A stretch of DNA of 64,000 nucleotides from a virus. Taxonomy: Duplodnaviria; Heunggongvirae; Uroviricota; Caudoviricetes. The translations under genes were made by a program, and so were the position numbers. Below the pieces are notes generated by a model. That model saw only the letters and a list, made by a program, of their open reading frames with translations, ran no database searches and was not told the origin of the DNA. Every line of letters starts with the position of its first letter. The stretch's first letter is position 1. Where the stretch lies: IMG/VR virus record IMGVR_UViG_3300035696_000002; one strand, written 5' to 3'. Shown one piece after another: positions 7,701-18,247 of this stretch.

Positions 7701-8347
7701 TAGAAACTCAAGACCCACGAGAAAATGATGTTGACACCCGGTGGGAGCAACAACGGCGGTAGAGTCTTGTAGTTGATGAGCACCACTGAGTTAGCCGGGC
7801 CGGGCGGATTTGCAGCCGGATTGAAGTACGGGGCGGTCATCATGTTCGTAACCGGAGACGTACTGATCGTTCCGCCGCCGATGAGGCCCATTTCACGGAT
7901 CGGCTGGGTGATATTGTTTGTAGTCGCGTTTACAGTGATCTGGAACTGAACCATCGTCGAAAGCGTGGCCAGCGGGTTGTTGTTGCTGTCCACAAAGTTG
8001 ACGCGGGAAAGCGGAACACGTAAGAACTCGGCAATCAAAGCCGTCTGAGTCGGAGAGGGATCGGGCTGCGTTTCCGGTGCCCAGCTTGGATCGCCAGCAC
8101 CCAGAGCCAAGCCCCAGATGCCATACTGCGGATCGGCGTACTCCGTTGGAACGGTGACCTGCCCCAAAGTGTAGGGCGGATTCGGGGCGTTCGGGATAAC
8201 GTTCGCCATCAGTCTGGCAAATAACCACTTGCTGACGTTGACGATGACGTTGTGGCCACGAAACAGAACTTCGCCCGTGTCCTCGCGGAAGACATTGATA
8301 TTGGCCTTCGGCTGGTATGTCGTCAAATCTTCGTGAAAGTTCTTCAT
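7700..8347 (-). CDS. Tail-collar/baseplate fibre-attachment-like protein
   Basis: HNVIVN...LALGAG...QTALIAEFLR...IREMGL...IIFSWVLSF pattern, downstream of gpJ/gpI-like genes. Confidence 0.6.
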   Translation of the reverse strand: MKNFHEDLTTYQPKANINVFREDTGEVLFRGHNVIVNVSKWLFARLMANVIPNAPNPPYTLGQVTVPTEYADPQYGIWGLALGAGDPSWAPETQPDPSPTQTALIAEFLRVPLSRVNFVDSNNNPLATLSTMVQFQITVNATTNNITQPIREMGLIGGGTISTSPVTNMMTAPYFNPAANPPGPANSVVLINYKTLPPLLLPPGVNIIFSWVLSF

Positions 8348-8387
8348 GATTCCCCTACTTAATACTGCAAATCGTTGATTTCCAATC

Positions 8388-9356
8388 TTACTCTACGTCC
8401 TCATCGCCCTCACGGAGGTACGTCCAACGCCAGCGATTTCGCGGCACCGGGAAGTTCAAAGCCCGCAGCTTGCGAATTGAGGGACGCGAGGCTGAGGCCG
8501 GGAATACATCCGCCCGGCCATCGGGAAACTTCACCAGCCAGCTTTGTGGGCCTTCGTACAACGCCATATCAACCCCGGCAACTGCGATAGGTTGATAAGT
8601 GAACCCTTCGAGCGAAATCGCCTGTGGGATGCCATTGATCGGTGACGATTTCATCTGCATCTCGTTCGGGAAACTGATCGGCGGAGAAAAATCAATCGCC
8701 CCCTTCTTCTTTTTCGTCGCACGCAGCAAATCGTTCTTGAAATTCGGCCCGACTGAAACGGTGCCAGTCGGTCTGCCCATCTGATCGTAAACGATGATGT
8801 ACAGCGGGCGGGACTGCTGCTTCAAACTGCGAGTGCGATATTGACGAATCACTTTCGCTGCGTCGATTGCATTCGGCTTCGGAGGCTTCACATACGTGAG
8901 TTCAAGATGACGCATTTTCGGAGGACGTTGGATCGCTTTCGCCGTGACAACCCTTTTCTGGGTCTCATTGATGAACGACATCGGCAAGGCAAATGTATTC
9001 TCAAAAATCTGCACGTGATCGTCTTGCCCGATGGGCGTGTTCTTATCTGTGTTGTTTTTCTTCGTCATGCTTTTGAAGCAAGAGAAGATCGTCGCGTACA
9101 TCTGCACGATCACTTCTTCATCATATTCTGCCGCCATCATGAACGAAGAGACCTCATCGCAAAGTGCGTTGACCGCGTCGGCGATCAGTTCGTTCATCGT
9201 TCCCGGCGTGTCCTCGACCAGCGGCATCTTCAAGGAAAACACAGTAAAATTGGGAATTCCGAGGTCTAAAGTGATGTCCACACGGGGGTTTCCATCGCGA
9301 ATCATCGTGACCGCGAGCACTCCAAGTGGGGGCGAGATGTAGGCCGTTTTTGCCAT
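8388..9356 (-). CDS. Hypothetical protein
   Basis: 322-aa ORF in the structural operon. Confidence 0.7.
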   Translation of the reverse strand: MAKTAYISPPLGVLAVTMIRDGNPRVDITLDLGIPNFTVFSLKMPLVEDTPGTMNELIADAVNALCDEVSSFMMAAEYDEEVIVQMYATIFSCFKSMTKKNNTDKNTPIGQDDHVQIFENTFALPMSFINETQKRVVTAKAIQRPPKMRHLELTYVKPPKPNAIDAAKVIRQYRTRSLKQQSRPLYIIVYDQMGRPTGTVSVGPNFKNDLLRATKKKKGAIDFSPPISFPNEMQMKSSPINGIPQAISLEGFTYQPIAVAGVDMALYEGPQSWLVKFPDGRADVFPASASRPSIRKLRALNFPVPRNRWRWTYLREGDEDVE

Positions 9357-9370
9357 CTACTTAGAATCCT

Positions 9371-11956
9371 TTAGGTCAATTCCATTTCCACGTCGGAGTC
9401 GCCGCCGCTGATTTCCCATACCTGATCGAGACGTGGTGCCAACAAACCAGTCGGATGCGTCGAATCCCAGTTCGATACCTCACCCGTCAAACTCGGGGAA
9501 CGCAGTGGTGCGTTATTTGGAAGACCGACTGTCGTTGGAGCTAATGTGATCGCGATCCACTTGGCCGACATCGTGTACGGGTTCTTGCCAATGTTCCGCC
9601 AGATGAGTCCGCCATCGTGCGTGATACCGCCAACAGTGGTGTTCCACACGGGCAGGGAAGCACCGGAGTTCGCAAACTGAATCGGAGTTGCCAACGTCGG
9701 CGACGGGGACACAACCATCTGAGTGTTCCCGTTGTTGTCCACGATGTACTGGCTGCCGAAGAATTGTGTCGTCGGTGCCCAGCTTGCCTGACCGATGAGG
9801 TAGTTGCCGAAGGCGAAGTAATAGCCAGACTGCAATGTCGGTGTGAGGAACGCGGTTGCGGTCGATTCTGACGCCAGTGCGATGGTCTGAGCCAGCGGAA
9901 TCTGGAATGAGCCGGGTGTGGAGGCCGTGCCAGTATCGGCAGCCGGGCCATACGTCGAGAGCGTAGCAAGACCAGTATCAGCCGGATTGGTGTAGTTTAC
10001 TCCTGTAAACGCAGCAGTAAATTGCGTCGGGCTGGCTGTCACCACAATTACGGTCTGGCCATTGAGCGATGGCTCGGCAGTTCCAGTCAACGTCACCGTT
10101 TCGCCGGGCACGAACTGATTCGCACAAACCACGGTCAGCACGTTTGCCAAAATCTGGGTCTGAGTGATCGTCGCGGTCTGGGTGTAGGCAATCGTGAACA
10201 ATGACGGCGTCGCCGTAACAACAGTGTAGTCCGGTGGGCTGTTCAAGAATGTCGCATTCTGCAAGAACGCCAAATGAACCACATCGCCAGTATCAAAATC
10301 GTTGTCAGCAACGATGGTCAAGACACCGCCTGCGATCTGCACAGACGTGATGAGGCGAACATCGGAGATAACATCCTTGATCTTTGCGGTGACGTTGAAC
10401 GCACTACCACCGTTGGTGCAGCCGACAATCGTGATCTGCTCGCCGTCGTGGAGATACGGTACAGCGTCATCAAAGGTGTAGGTCGCATTGACGCCATCCG
10501 CAACGGTACTCGTGATGGTCAGGGTGACAATCGGGAGGTTCTGCCACGCCGTAGGTGTGAGCATTGGATACAGCTTAGCAAGCTGGCTGCCCCACGCTGC
10601 AATCGTTGTAGTCGGATTCGACGGATCAAGCACGGGAGCCTGAATCAACATCGGATCAAACGGCGGGTCTTCAACCTCTTCGATGATGATCGTGAGTTCG
10701 TCGTCAATGCCCGTACCAACGCAATTCGAGTTGAGGTACTGTTTCTGATACAGCAGTTGCAGGCTGGCAGGCAGAGCCGCGTACTGAGCGAGGCTGACCG
10801 TAGCTGCGGGAACAGGGCCAATATTCTTCCAGATGATGGAGCCGCCGCCAGCGAAATCGTCAGTCAGACCGCCGATAGTCGTGTTCCAAAACGAAGTAGC
10901 CGGGCCAAGGTTCTGCCAAGTCACAGCGTTCGGGGCGGTGCCGTCCGTAGTGAAACCACTCAAAGTAACATTCCACACTGGAACCGAGGAGCCGGAGTAG
11001 CCCTTAGTCACAACCTGTTGAATGTTTCCGTTGCTGTCTACGATCTGGAACGTTGCAACACTGTAGATGTGATCCGGCTGCCACTGCGGCAACGGCTGAA
11101 TCGTGCCTGTCCGGCCCGCCTGCACGACGATCTGAGCATTCCCATTGGGGTCTACGATGAAGTTGTTCACCGAGAATGTGATGGGCTTAGAGATCGTCGA
11201 AGCTAACCAGTACAATGGCGGGTTAATCAGCGTGTACGATTGCAGCGAGTAGAACCCCTGCTGCACCGTGTCAAGCTGAGCAAGTTGGGATTGTGTCAGA
11301 TACCGAGGGCTGAGCGAGCAGTCCAAGTCCTCGCCTTCACCGAATACCGTGGTGAATTCCAAACCAACGTGGGCGGGCTTCGCAAGGTCGATGGCGGAGT
11401 AGAGGCTTTGCACGATCTGCTGAAGCTGAGTGACCGAGGTGATGCTGGTAAGCGGGTCTGAGCCGCCGACCGTCACCGAGACGCTGATTGCATTCGCATC
11501 GGACTCGTCATAGATACCGTCTCCGATCAAAGTGTAAAGCTCGATGACCTTAACGTGGAGGCCAGTGTAGGCGAAGATAACCGCCTCGATACCAGCAACG
11601 GTCGATCCTTGTCTGTAGGCAGCGATAAGCTCTACCAACATCGTCTTGAAGTCGATGTCAAACTGAGTCTTGGTGGGGTAGTTTGAACTGACGTACAGCG
11701 GGTCTGCCCAGCGGCGGCGAATATCCGCAGGCGTCAGGAAGCTGGGGTCTTTACCGACGATGTCATACGAGTAGTCGTAGTCCAGCTTTGCCAGTTCAAT
11801 AGCGATAGCCCGCAGGAAGTTGCCCCACGTGCTTTGATCGTTGCGGGTAGTGTAGAAGTTCGCGACACCCTGAAGCAGCGAGTTCAGGCGTGCGTCTTCA
11901 TACTGAAGCAAATCCTCCCGCGATCTAAGGTAAAGAATGTCTGGGTTAATCGCCAT
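9371..11956 (-). CDS. Baseplate wedge protein (P2 gpI-like N-terminus) with CBM-like and beta-barrel repeats
   Basis: LIAAYRQGSTVAGIE...IDLAKPAHV motif, directly after the gpJ-like gene. Confidence 0.7.
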   Translation of the reverse strand: MAINPDILYLRSREDLLQYEDARLNSLLQGVANFYTTRNDQSTWGNFLRAIAIELAKLDYDYSYDIVGKDPSFLTPADIRRRWADPLYVSSNYPTKTQFDIDFKTMLVELIAAYRQGSTVAGIEAVIFAYTGLHVKVIELYTLIGDGIYDESDANAISVSVTVGGSDPLTSITSVTQLQQIVQSLYSAIDLAKPAHVGLEFTTVFGEGEDLDCSLSPRYLTQSQLAQLDTVQQGFYSLQSYTLINPPLYWLASTISKPITFSVNNFIVDPNGNAQIVVQAGRTGTIQPLPQWQPDHIYSVATFQIVDSNGNIQQVVTKGYSGSSVPVWNVTLSGFTTDGTAPNAVTWQNLGPATSFWNTTIGGLTDDFAGGGSIIWKNIGPVPAATVSLAQYAALPASLQLLYQKQYLNSNCVGTGIDDELTIIIEEVEDPPFDPMLIQAPVLDPSNPTTTIAAWGSQLAKLYPMLTPTAWQNLPIVTLTITSTVADGVNATYTFDDAVPYLHDGEQITIVGCTNGGSAFNVTAKIKDVISDVRLITSVQIAGGVLTIVADNDFDTGDVVHLAFLQNATFLNSPPDYTVVTATPSLFTIAYTQTATITQTQILANVLTVVCANQFVPGETVTLTGTAEPSLNGQTVIVVTASPTQFTAAFTGVNYTNPADTGLATLSTYGPAADTGTASTPGSFQIPLAQTIALASESTATAFLTPTLQSGYYFAFGNYLIGQASWAPTTQFFGSQYIVDNNGNTQMVVSPSPTLATPIQFANSGASLPVWNTTVGGITHDGGLIWRNIGKNPYTMSAKWIAITLAPTTVGLPNNAPLRSPSLTGEVSNWDSTHPTGLLAPRLDQVWEISGGDSDVEMELT

Positions 11957-11958
11957 GA

Positions 11959-14900
11959 TTACTGACTCGTAATGTAGTTGATCGTGATCGTCCCCGGTGT
12001 CAAATACTCCGTGGATGACACGGCAATGTCCTTCGCTCCGCCTTCGTTAAACACCTGATAGGTGACGAAGAAGGAAAGTTGTCCCGGATTGGACGCAGTC
12101 GGGAAGTCAGGAATCGGCGGCAGTGTAATCATGACCTTCTGGGCATACGCAAACGTCAATCCCTGCGACGGGCTGATTTCATCGTTCTCGCCGATGATGT
12201 AGAACGAGGGGACGCCGATGCTGTTGGTCAGGAAATCATTCACCGATGTTGCACGGCGGAAAGACTGCCCTTGGTACAGCAGGTTGACAACTGCATCCGG
12301 TTCGCCGCCGCTCGGGATCGTGCTGTCCGGCAACACAGGCAAAACTGTAATGAAGCTCTGAGCCGGGGCCTGCAACCCAGCAAATGCTGGATCGCTGGTG
12401 ACCGGAATCCACGCTGTCTGTGTCGGAATCACAAAACCGATATCATAGGAGCCATCCGACTTCGCACACTTCGTCAACGGCAGGGTGATGCTTTGAACGC
12501 CAGTAACCGCCTGAACCTGACGGATCAGAGCAGACTGATAGAGCGTACCCTGAGCATTGTCCAACACAATACTGATGACAGTGCGAATGATCGGGTCTAC
12601 TGTTGCCGCATCGGCGTTGGGCATGAGCGTAACGGTCATCGTAATATCAACTGGGTTCGCAACCATGTTCTTGACGAGAACATTTGCCGCCGCGTGCTTG
12701 GTCTGGGCAATCTGGTTGGCGAGCACTTCAACGAAGGTGGGGTACTGAGTTGACAGCGTAAAGGTCTCAGTGATGAAGTAGGAGACCGTCACCGTTCCAC
12801 CATCAGGAATGCTGCCTGTCAAGATGCGAGTAATCTGGGCCTGCCCGGAAACCGGATCAACGCTAAGAGAGAAGTCGATCCCTTCTCGTTTCACAACGTT
12901 CGTGACGCCGTTAAAGTAGGTGACTTTGATGTAGCGTGATGCGAGTGGAATGGCTGCACCCACGAGCCCGGTTGAGCCGACAACATCAAGCCCGCCGTCT
13001 GGGCCATAGAGACCGTCCCAGCCATCAAGAGTCAACGTCGTATTGCCATAGCTCAGCGGCAGCCATGTGTTTCGAACAAAGCCCGTGTTATCGAGTGTTG
13101 TGGGCAGCGTGCCGTTTAGCACCTGCGTCTCGCCGGAGATGAACTCAAGCCGCTCATACAGGACAAATTTATTGTAGGCAACAACGACCTGTTGGTTGTT
13201 CTGGATGGCACTTCCTGTCGCCAAACCTGACTGAACAATTGAAGCAATTCCGGTGTCCGCCGTGGGGCCGTAAGAACCAGTGTAGGTGTAATTTGCGGTG
13301 AACGAAGTTGGCGTAGCACTCTGGACGTTCAACTGTACGCCATTCAAGAAGGCCGCGTTCGTAAGGCCTGAGAAGATGATGGCCGTGCCCGGCGTCAAAT
13401 TGTTAGCCACGCTGGTGACCGTCAGAATGTTGCCCGCGATAGCGACCGTCTGGATGTCAGACCCGTAATTCGGATTGACGTACACGCCAGTAAATTGCGA
13501 TCCATTGTTCGAGGCGACAGTGATGGTCTGTGTGTTCAAGAACAGAGCTTGACTCATGCCCGACAACACAATCGGAGCATTAACACCAAAGTCGCTCGTG
13601 GCGGTGATGTAAGCGACGTTGTTCACGATAGCGACCGCCGATAGTGGCACCGACTTCGTCAGGAGGTTCAGCCCGTAGGTATGGTATGGCCCAGTCGCGG
13701 CGATAGAGTAGTCCACACCGAATTCATACAGGGTGAAAAGATCGGTACTACGAACGGACAAAATATTCTGCGGGTTACCATTCAGGTCAATCGGGACATC
13801 CATCGCCGTGTCGATCTCAGCCGGGTTGGCACTCAAAGCGGTGATCGTAGCGGTAGTCGGCTGACTGACGATGTTGACCTGTACAGTATCCCCGGCCTGA
13901 TTGGAGCCGCCTTCCAGCAGGAAGTCCGATGTATGGATCAATTCGATGGCACTGGACGGGACTGCACCAGTCTCATTCGCTTCTCCGGTCACTGAGTAAA
14001 CCTGCAACACAGGCTGCAAGCTGGGGACGTTCGTCAGCGGGGAAGCATAGCGAGCGTACAAGGCAAAGCTGTACGTGTTCGATTGAGCACCTTGGAGGGA
14101 TGCGATAGCCTGCAAGTTTGTGGCGGGGACATTATTGATGAGCAACGGCACCTGTGCCTGCGTAATCGCAGACCCCACATACTGATAGGCCAGATCATTC
14201 TGGTTGACGATGATGTAGCCGTTGACATTGTCGAACTGGGCTCGCTGCAACCCGAGATAGAAACTGTTAGACGCACGCGAAACGATAAGCTCAACAGCAT
14301 CGTAAAGCGGGAACTGCAAAGCATTGAAATTCGTGATCTGGAACTTAAGCTGGCTGCTGTTCGGGAGGGTCAGGGGCAGATACGTGGCAACTTGCCCGTA
14401 GGTTCCAGTGTTGTCGTACTCAAAAGCGACAAGCTGATTCTGCTGCGAGAAGCTGATTCCCTGCACGTAAATATCCACACAGCCGTAAACGTGCTTCTGC
14501 CGCACATCATCCCAGTCACGCAACATTTCAAGATCGCCAGCCGCAACTACTGAAGCACTGACGACGCCGGGCGTGCCGAGGGCCGTAACCAGATATCCAT
14601 GGCGGGTTCCCGTGTCCACACCTGTTACGAGGCGGGCCTGAATCATAGCGGCGTAAGAAGCGTTGGATTGCTGGTCGGTACCATACTGGGCCGCTGTCAG
14701 GTTCGTCACGTTCATCCCCGATGGAACGTTGCTGACAACCTGTAAAATCGTGCCTGCACCAACGTTCGTGATCGAGCCTGTGGAATTGCACTGAGCCGGG
14801 ACGCTAACCGCCCAATATCCCGTGGTCGAATCGTAGAACGAATTCAAGTTGTTGATGCTGATCGTGCCCTGACCCAACGTCGTGAAGTTGAGGGAAGGGG

Positions 14901-16770
14901 TGTTTTGGTCGGCAATCGTCGCCACGACGGCTCCCTGCGGAATCGTAATGCTCGCTTGCGGCTGCTGATACGTGTAGAACGTCAGCACAACCGAAGACGG
15001 CGTCGCGGCCCCACGAGTCAACCCGGCCTGTTCGCCGAGGATGTTGAACTGTTCGTCGATGAGGCTCTGGGTATCGGCGGCACTCAAGCCATACGCACGG
15101 GCGATCTGTTGCTTGTACGGTGATTGCTGGAATGGATCGGAAACACCTGTCCCGGTCGTATCGTCGATCTGGCTGATGGCAGAAATAGATTGCGACACGC
15201 GAGCAAACCATTCGCGGACAGACATGTTCGACATTTCGATGGATGGCGGATCAACAACCACATCCCGCACTTCAGAACGCGGCGATAGATCGAGTGTGGG
15301 CCGCTGCCGCATAATCTGCCCGATCATACGCCCAGCGATATCTTCCTTTTTCTGCAAGGCAAGGAAATCTGTGGGGCTGACGACCTTCAAATTTACAAAA
15401 CCGCAAGTAAGCGGGCCGTTCTGGATGGATTCGTAAACCGCGTTGGTGCCGGGGTCTTGAATGACTGTCGAGAACATCGCGTAGAACTCATCGGCGTTAA
15501 CGGCTGTGAGCGGAATATCGACTGTGCTGTAGCTGACGTTCTCCACCGTCTGGGTGTTCGTCACAATAGTGGTCGAGACCACACTGGAAGCGACACCAGT
15601 ATCCGCAGTAGCGGGATACGTCCCCGAGTACACGAAGCTCGCAACAAATTGTGTGCTTGTCGCTGAACTGATAGTGACCGTTTGTCCGTTTAGGAACGTT
15701 GCATTCGTCAGTCCGGCGAGGGTGACAACGGTGCCCTGCGAGAAAGTGCTGTTCGCAGTGATTGTCAGAATATTGTTTGATACCGCAACCTGAGTGATTA
15801 AAGCCGTGGGTACGGTATTCGTCGTGGTGGTGTTTTCCGCAATGACCACGGTTGAGGTGCTGCTGACATCACCGATCAAACCACCATACTGGGTGAACGG
15901 AGGGTTGATGCCAGCCGGGTCAGTTGAGATCATGACGCGGACACCGACGAATCCGTTAAAATTTGGGGTTACCCATTGCAGCAAGCAATCGGTCTGATTC
16001 TTGAAGGCCTGAAGTCCTGTCGGGGGGCCGATGATCGTTGCAAGGCCGCTGGCGAAAAACAACAAGTTGAACTGAATCGTGGGTGTGATTGCTGAGACGC
16101 CCAGATTGGCCCAGACAACAGAACCATCCGCTGTGGTAGCGGAAGCCTTCCCTGTGTCTGAGGTCGCCGGATAATCGTTGTGCAGGAACCCGGCTGTAAA
16201 TTGTGTGCCCGAAGCAGAGACAACGACCAAGGCCTGATTGTTCAGGAATGCCGCATTCGTCAGCCCAGTCAGAAGAACTGTCTGGCCAATCGAGAAGGTG
16301 TTGTTCGCGATAATCGTTACAACGTTGCTGGTAAGCGAAACATTTGTGATAACCGCAGGGGCGACAGCCGGGAATGCTGGCTGATTTGGCCCAGTGCCCG
16401 ACTCGCCCGCCGTGATGACGCTCTCAACATAGCCGTTGTTGTCGATAAACGTGTAGCCGACAGCAAACTGCGTCAGCGGCGTCCATCGTCCGGCTGGGTT
16501 GTAGTTTCGGCCCACAATCGAGACTGAGGTCTCCTGCACCGTGGGAACCACAGCAATGCTGGTCGAATACTGATTTTCGCCACTAACAACCGTAGGCGTC
16601 GTGAGAACGGTCAAAGCACCATAGGCCGAGATTTCAATGCGAGCCGTGTTCTCGTCAGCATTCAGAATGATCGGGAGTACGGTGGAGTCGATAGACAAGG
16701 TTCCACTGCCCACGGCGAGAACCGGGGTGACCAGTTGTAGCGGCGTCAATGTCACTTGCGGCGTAGGCAT
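11959..16770 (-). CDS. Large baseplate J-like wedge protein with inserted repeats
   Basis: GLTRGAATPS...IPQGAVVAT...TGSITNVGAGTI...GTDQQSN...GCVDIYV are Baseplate_J hallmarks. Confidence 0.8.
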   Translation of the reverse strand: MPTPQVTLTPLQLVTPVLAVGSGTLSIDSTVLPIILNADENTARIEISAYGALTVLTTPTVVSGENQYSTSIAVVPTVQETSVSIVGRNYNPAGRWTPLTQFAVGYTFIDNNGYVESVITAGESGTGPNQPAFPAVAPAVITNVSLTSNVVTIIANNTFSIGQTVLLTGLTNAAFLNNQALVVVSASGTQFTAGFLHNDYPATSDTGKASATTADGSVVWANLGVSAITPTIQFNLLFFASGLATIIGPPTGLQAFKNQTDCLLQWVTPNFNGFVGVRVMISTDPAGINPPFTQYGGLIGDVSSTSTVVIAENTTTTNTVPTALITQVAVSNNILTITANSTFSQGTVVTLAGLTNATFLNGQTVTISSATSTQFVASFVYSGTYPATADTGVASSVVSTTIVTNTQTVENVSYSTVDIPLTAVNADEFYAMFSTVIQDPGTNAVYESIQNGPLTCGFVNLKVVSPTDFLALQKKEDIAGRMIGQIMRQRPTLDLSPRSEVRDVVVDPPSIEMSNMSVREWFARVSQSISAISQIDDTTGTGVSDPFQQSPYKQQIARAYGLSAADTQSLIDEQFNILGEQAGLTRGAATPSSVVLTFYTYQQPQASITIPQGAVVATIADQNTPSLNFTTLGQGTISINNLNSFYDSTTGYWAVSVPAQCNSTGSITNVGAGTILQVVSNVPSGMNVTNLTAAQYGTDQQSNASYAAMIQARLVTGVDTGTRHGYLVTALGTPGVVSASVVAAGDLEMLRDWDDVRQKHVYGCVDIYVQGISFSQQNQLVAFEYDNTGTYGQVATYLPLTLPNSSQLKFQITNFNALQFPLYDAVELIVSRASNSFYLGLQRAQFDNVNGYIIVNQNDLAYQYVGSAITQAQVPLLINNVPATNLQAIASLQGAQSNTYSFALYARYASPLTNVPSLQPVLQVYSVTGEANETGAVPSSAIELIHTSDFLLEGGSNQAGDTVQVNIVSQPTTATITALSANPAEIDTAMDVPIDLNGNPQNILSVRSTDLFTLYEFGVDYSIAATGPYHTYGLNLLTKSVPLSAVAIVNNVAYITATSDFGVNAPIVLSGMSQALFLNTQTITVASNNGSQFTGVYVNPNYGSDIQTVAIAGNILTVTSVANNLTPGTAIIFSGLTNAAFLNGVQLNVQSATPTSFTANYTYTGSYGPTADTGIASIVQSGLATGSAIQNNQQVVVAYNKFVLYERLEFISGETQVLNGTLPTTLDNTGFVRNTWLPLSYGNTTLTLDGWDGLYGPDGGLDVVGSTGLVGAAIPLASRYIKVTYFNGVTNVVKREGIDFSLSVDPVSGQAQITRILTGSIPDGGTVTVSYFITETFTLSTQYPTFVEVLANQIAQTKHAAANVLVKNMVANPVDITMTVTLMPNADAATVDPIIRTVISIVLDNAQGTLYQSALIRQVQAVTGVQSITLPLTKCAKSDGSYDIGFVIPTQTAWIPVTSDPAFAGLQAPAQSFITVLPVLPDSTIPSGGEPDAVVNLLYQGQSFRRATSVNDFLTNSIGVPSFYIIGENDEISPSQGLTFAYAQKVMITLPPIPDFPTASNPGQLSFFVTYQVFNEGGAKDIAVSSTEYLTPGTITINYITSQ

Positions 16771-17567
16771 TATTGGTTCATCCTCAACGTGAGGTTAAGC
16801 GGGGCGGTCTGATTGGAGTAGTTGGAAACACTCACCGACAAGTTCACAGTCGTCGGATCGGTTGGGTCAACATTGGCTACCACGCTAATCACGTCCTTTA
16901 GAATTTCATTCGGTTCAAGAGTCTGCACAGTCTGTTGTGCCTGCTGAACCTGCATCATCTGCGTCAAGGCATCTATCACCTGAGACTCGATGTCGCTCCC
17001 TGTAATGGAAATACCGAGTTTTCGGCCAACATAATTTTTGATGAGGCAGATGAATGTCGGGTAGAATGGGCACGTCGAAGTCAGAATCCACTTGAAGCTT
17101 TTCTGTACCAGCTTCGTCGTTCCCGTAACGTGCAGCAAACTACCGGAATTTGCCTGCTTAAAATCATTCAACACACCCAGCGTGCTGCACTTCAGGCAAT
17201 ACCCCTGAAGCGTGATGTACGAAACCTCGATCAAAGGCAGTACGATACGCACAGGTTTGTTGAACACGATCTTGTAAAACTGGCCTGTGTTGTCCGTAGC
17301 AGCATCGGCCCGTAGCGGGTCGAGAACGAATGACCAACCATACGTCGGGTCGTTCTGCTGTACCTGCTCGTCGCTGATCCACATCTGCACGTTGCTTTGC
17401 CCGTTGATCGGGGCACGCATATTCAACACCGGATTCGAGGCGTAATGCAGCGTGCGGAAATTGGTGCTGTCAACGATGTACCGCTCAAAGCTCTGCTGAT
17501 GGTCGCACGCACCGATAGGAGCATTCGTGAACGGGTCATTCGTTAGTACGTTCCAGTCGTAGCTCAT
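16770..17567 (-). CDS. Baseplate wedge protein with gp25/gpW-like C-terminal domain
   Basis: VTGTTKLVQ...ILT...FYPTF and DPTDPTTVNLSVSV; lies immediately before the gpJ-like gene. Confidence 0.6.
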   Translation of the reverse strand: MSYDWNVLTNDPFTNAPIGACDHQQSFERYIVDSTNFRTLHYASNPVLNMRAPINGQSNVQMWISDEQVQQNDPTYGWSFVLDPLRADAATDNTGQFYKIVFNKPVRIVLPLIEVSYITLQGYCLKCSTLGVLNDFKQANSGSLLHVTGTTKLVQKSFKWILTSTCPFYPTFICLIKNYVGRKLGISITGSDIESQVIDALTQMMQVQQAQQTVQTLEPNEILKDVISVVANVDPTDPTTVNLSVSVSNYSNQTAPLNLTLRMNQ

Positions 17568-18235
17568 TACGTCTCGGTCGGCTCCTTAAGATTGATTGGC
17601 CCGCCCGGCGTTGTACGTGCAAACTGTTCATACTCATACTGTGTCGGGACATCCAATTGGTGGACACGGAACCGGGGCTGCGTCGTTCCGGTTGGGTACA
17701 CATCCGATTGATCCATCACTAAAGCGGCTTGGTATTCTGGACTGCTGAAATAGCCGTTGATCTTTGTGATGAGTGCGGCGATGGAGTTGTCCGGGTGATT
17801 GAGAGCGTAGTAGGCTTTTTGAGCCTTATCCTCATTCTTTTCAATCAGATTGCGAAGCTGATTCATGTGGAAAACGCTTTCATCCTGACGATTAAGCTGT
17901 TCCCGCATGTAGCCCTTGATTTTTCCCATGGCGACCATAGGGAGGTGGTCATCACGCCACGCATACCCGAGGTGCCCCTGCGGGCCGGGCTTCCACGCCT
18001 GCTTTTGAAGTGTCGGGGCCAGCTTATCATCGTTGATGTTGGCGTAGTAATTCTCAAGGACGCCAGCCGTCTTACGAAGCTGCTGGGCTCTGATCTGGTA
18101 GTGAAGCTGGATCGCAGGAAAGTTTTTGGTGCGAGCGTTTACCCACGCATTGAACGCTTGCTGCTGAGTCGTGCAGAAATGTCCAAGGAAGTTGAACGGA
18201 GGCCCTGTATAGCCGTATTTGAACCCATTACCCAC
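17567..18235 (-). CDS. Hypothetical helical structural protein
   Basis: 222-aa ORF with TAATG coupling. Confidence 0.65.
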   Translation of the reverse strand: MGNGFKYGYTGPPFNFLGHFCTTQQQAFNAWVNARTKNFPAIQLHYQIRAQQLRKTAGVLENYYANINDDKLAPTLQKQAWKPGPQGHLGYAWRDDHLPMVAMGKIKGYMREQLNRQDESVFHMNQLRNLIEKNEDKAQKAYYALNHPDNSIAALITKINGYFSSPEYQAALVMDQSDVYPTGTTQPRFRVHQLDVPTQYEYEQFARTTPGGPINLKEPTET

Positions 18236-18247
18236 ACATTCTCCCTC

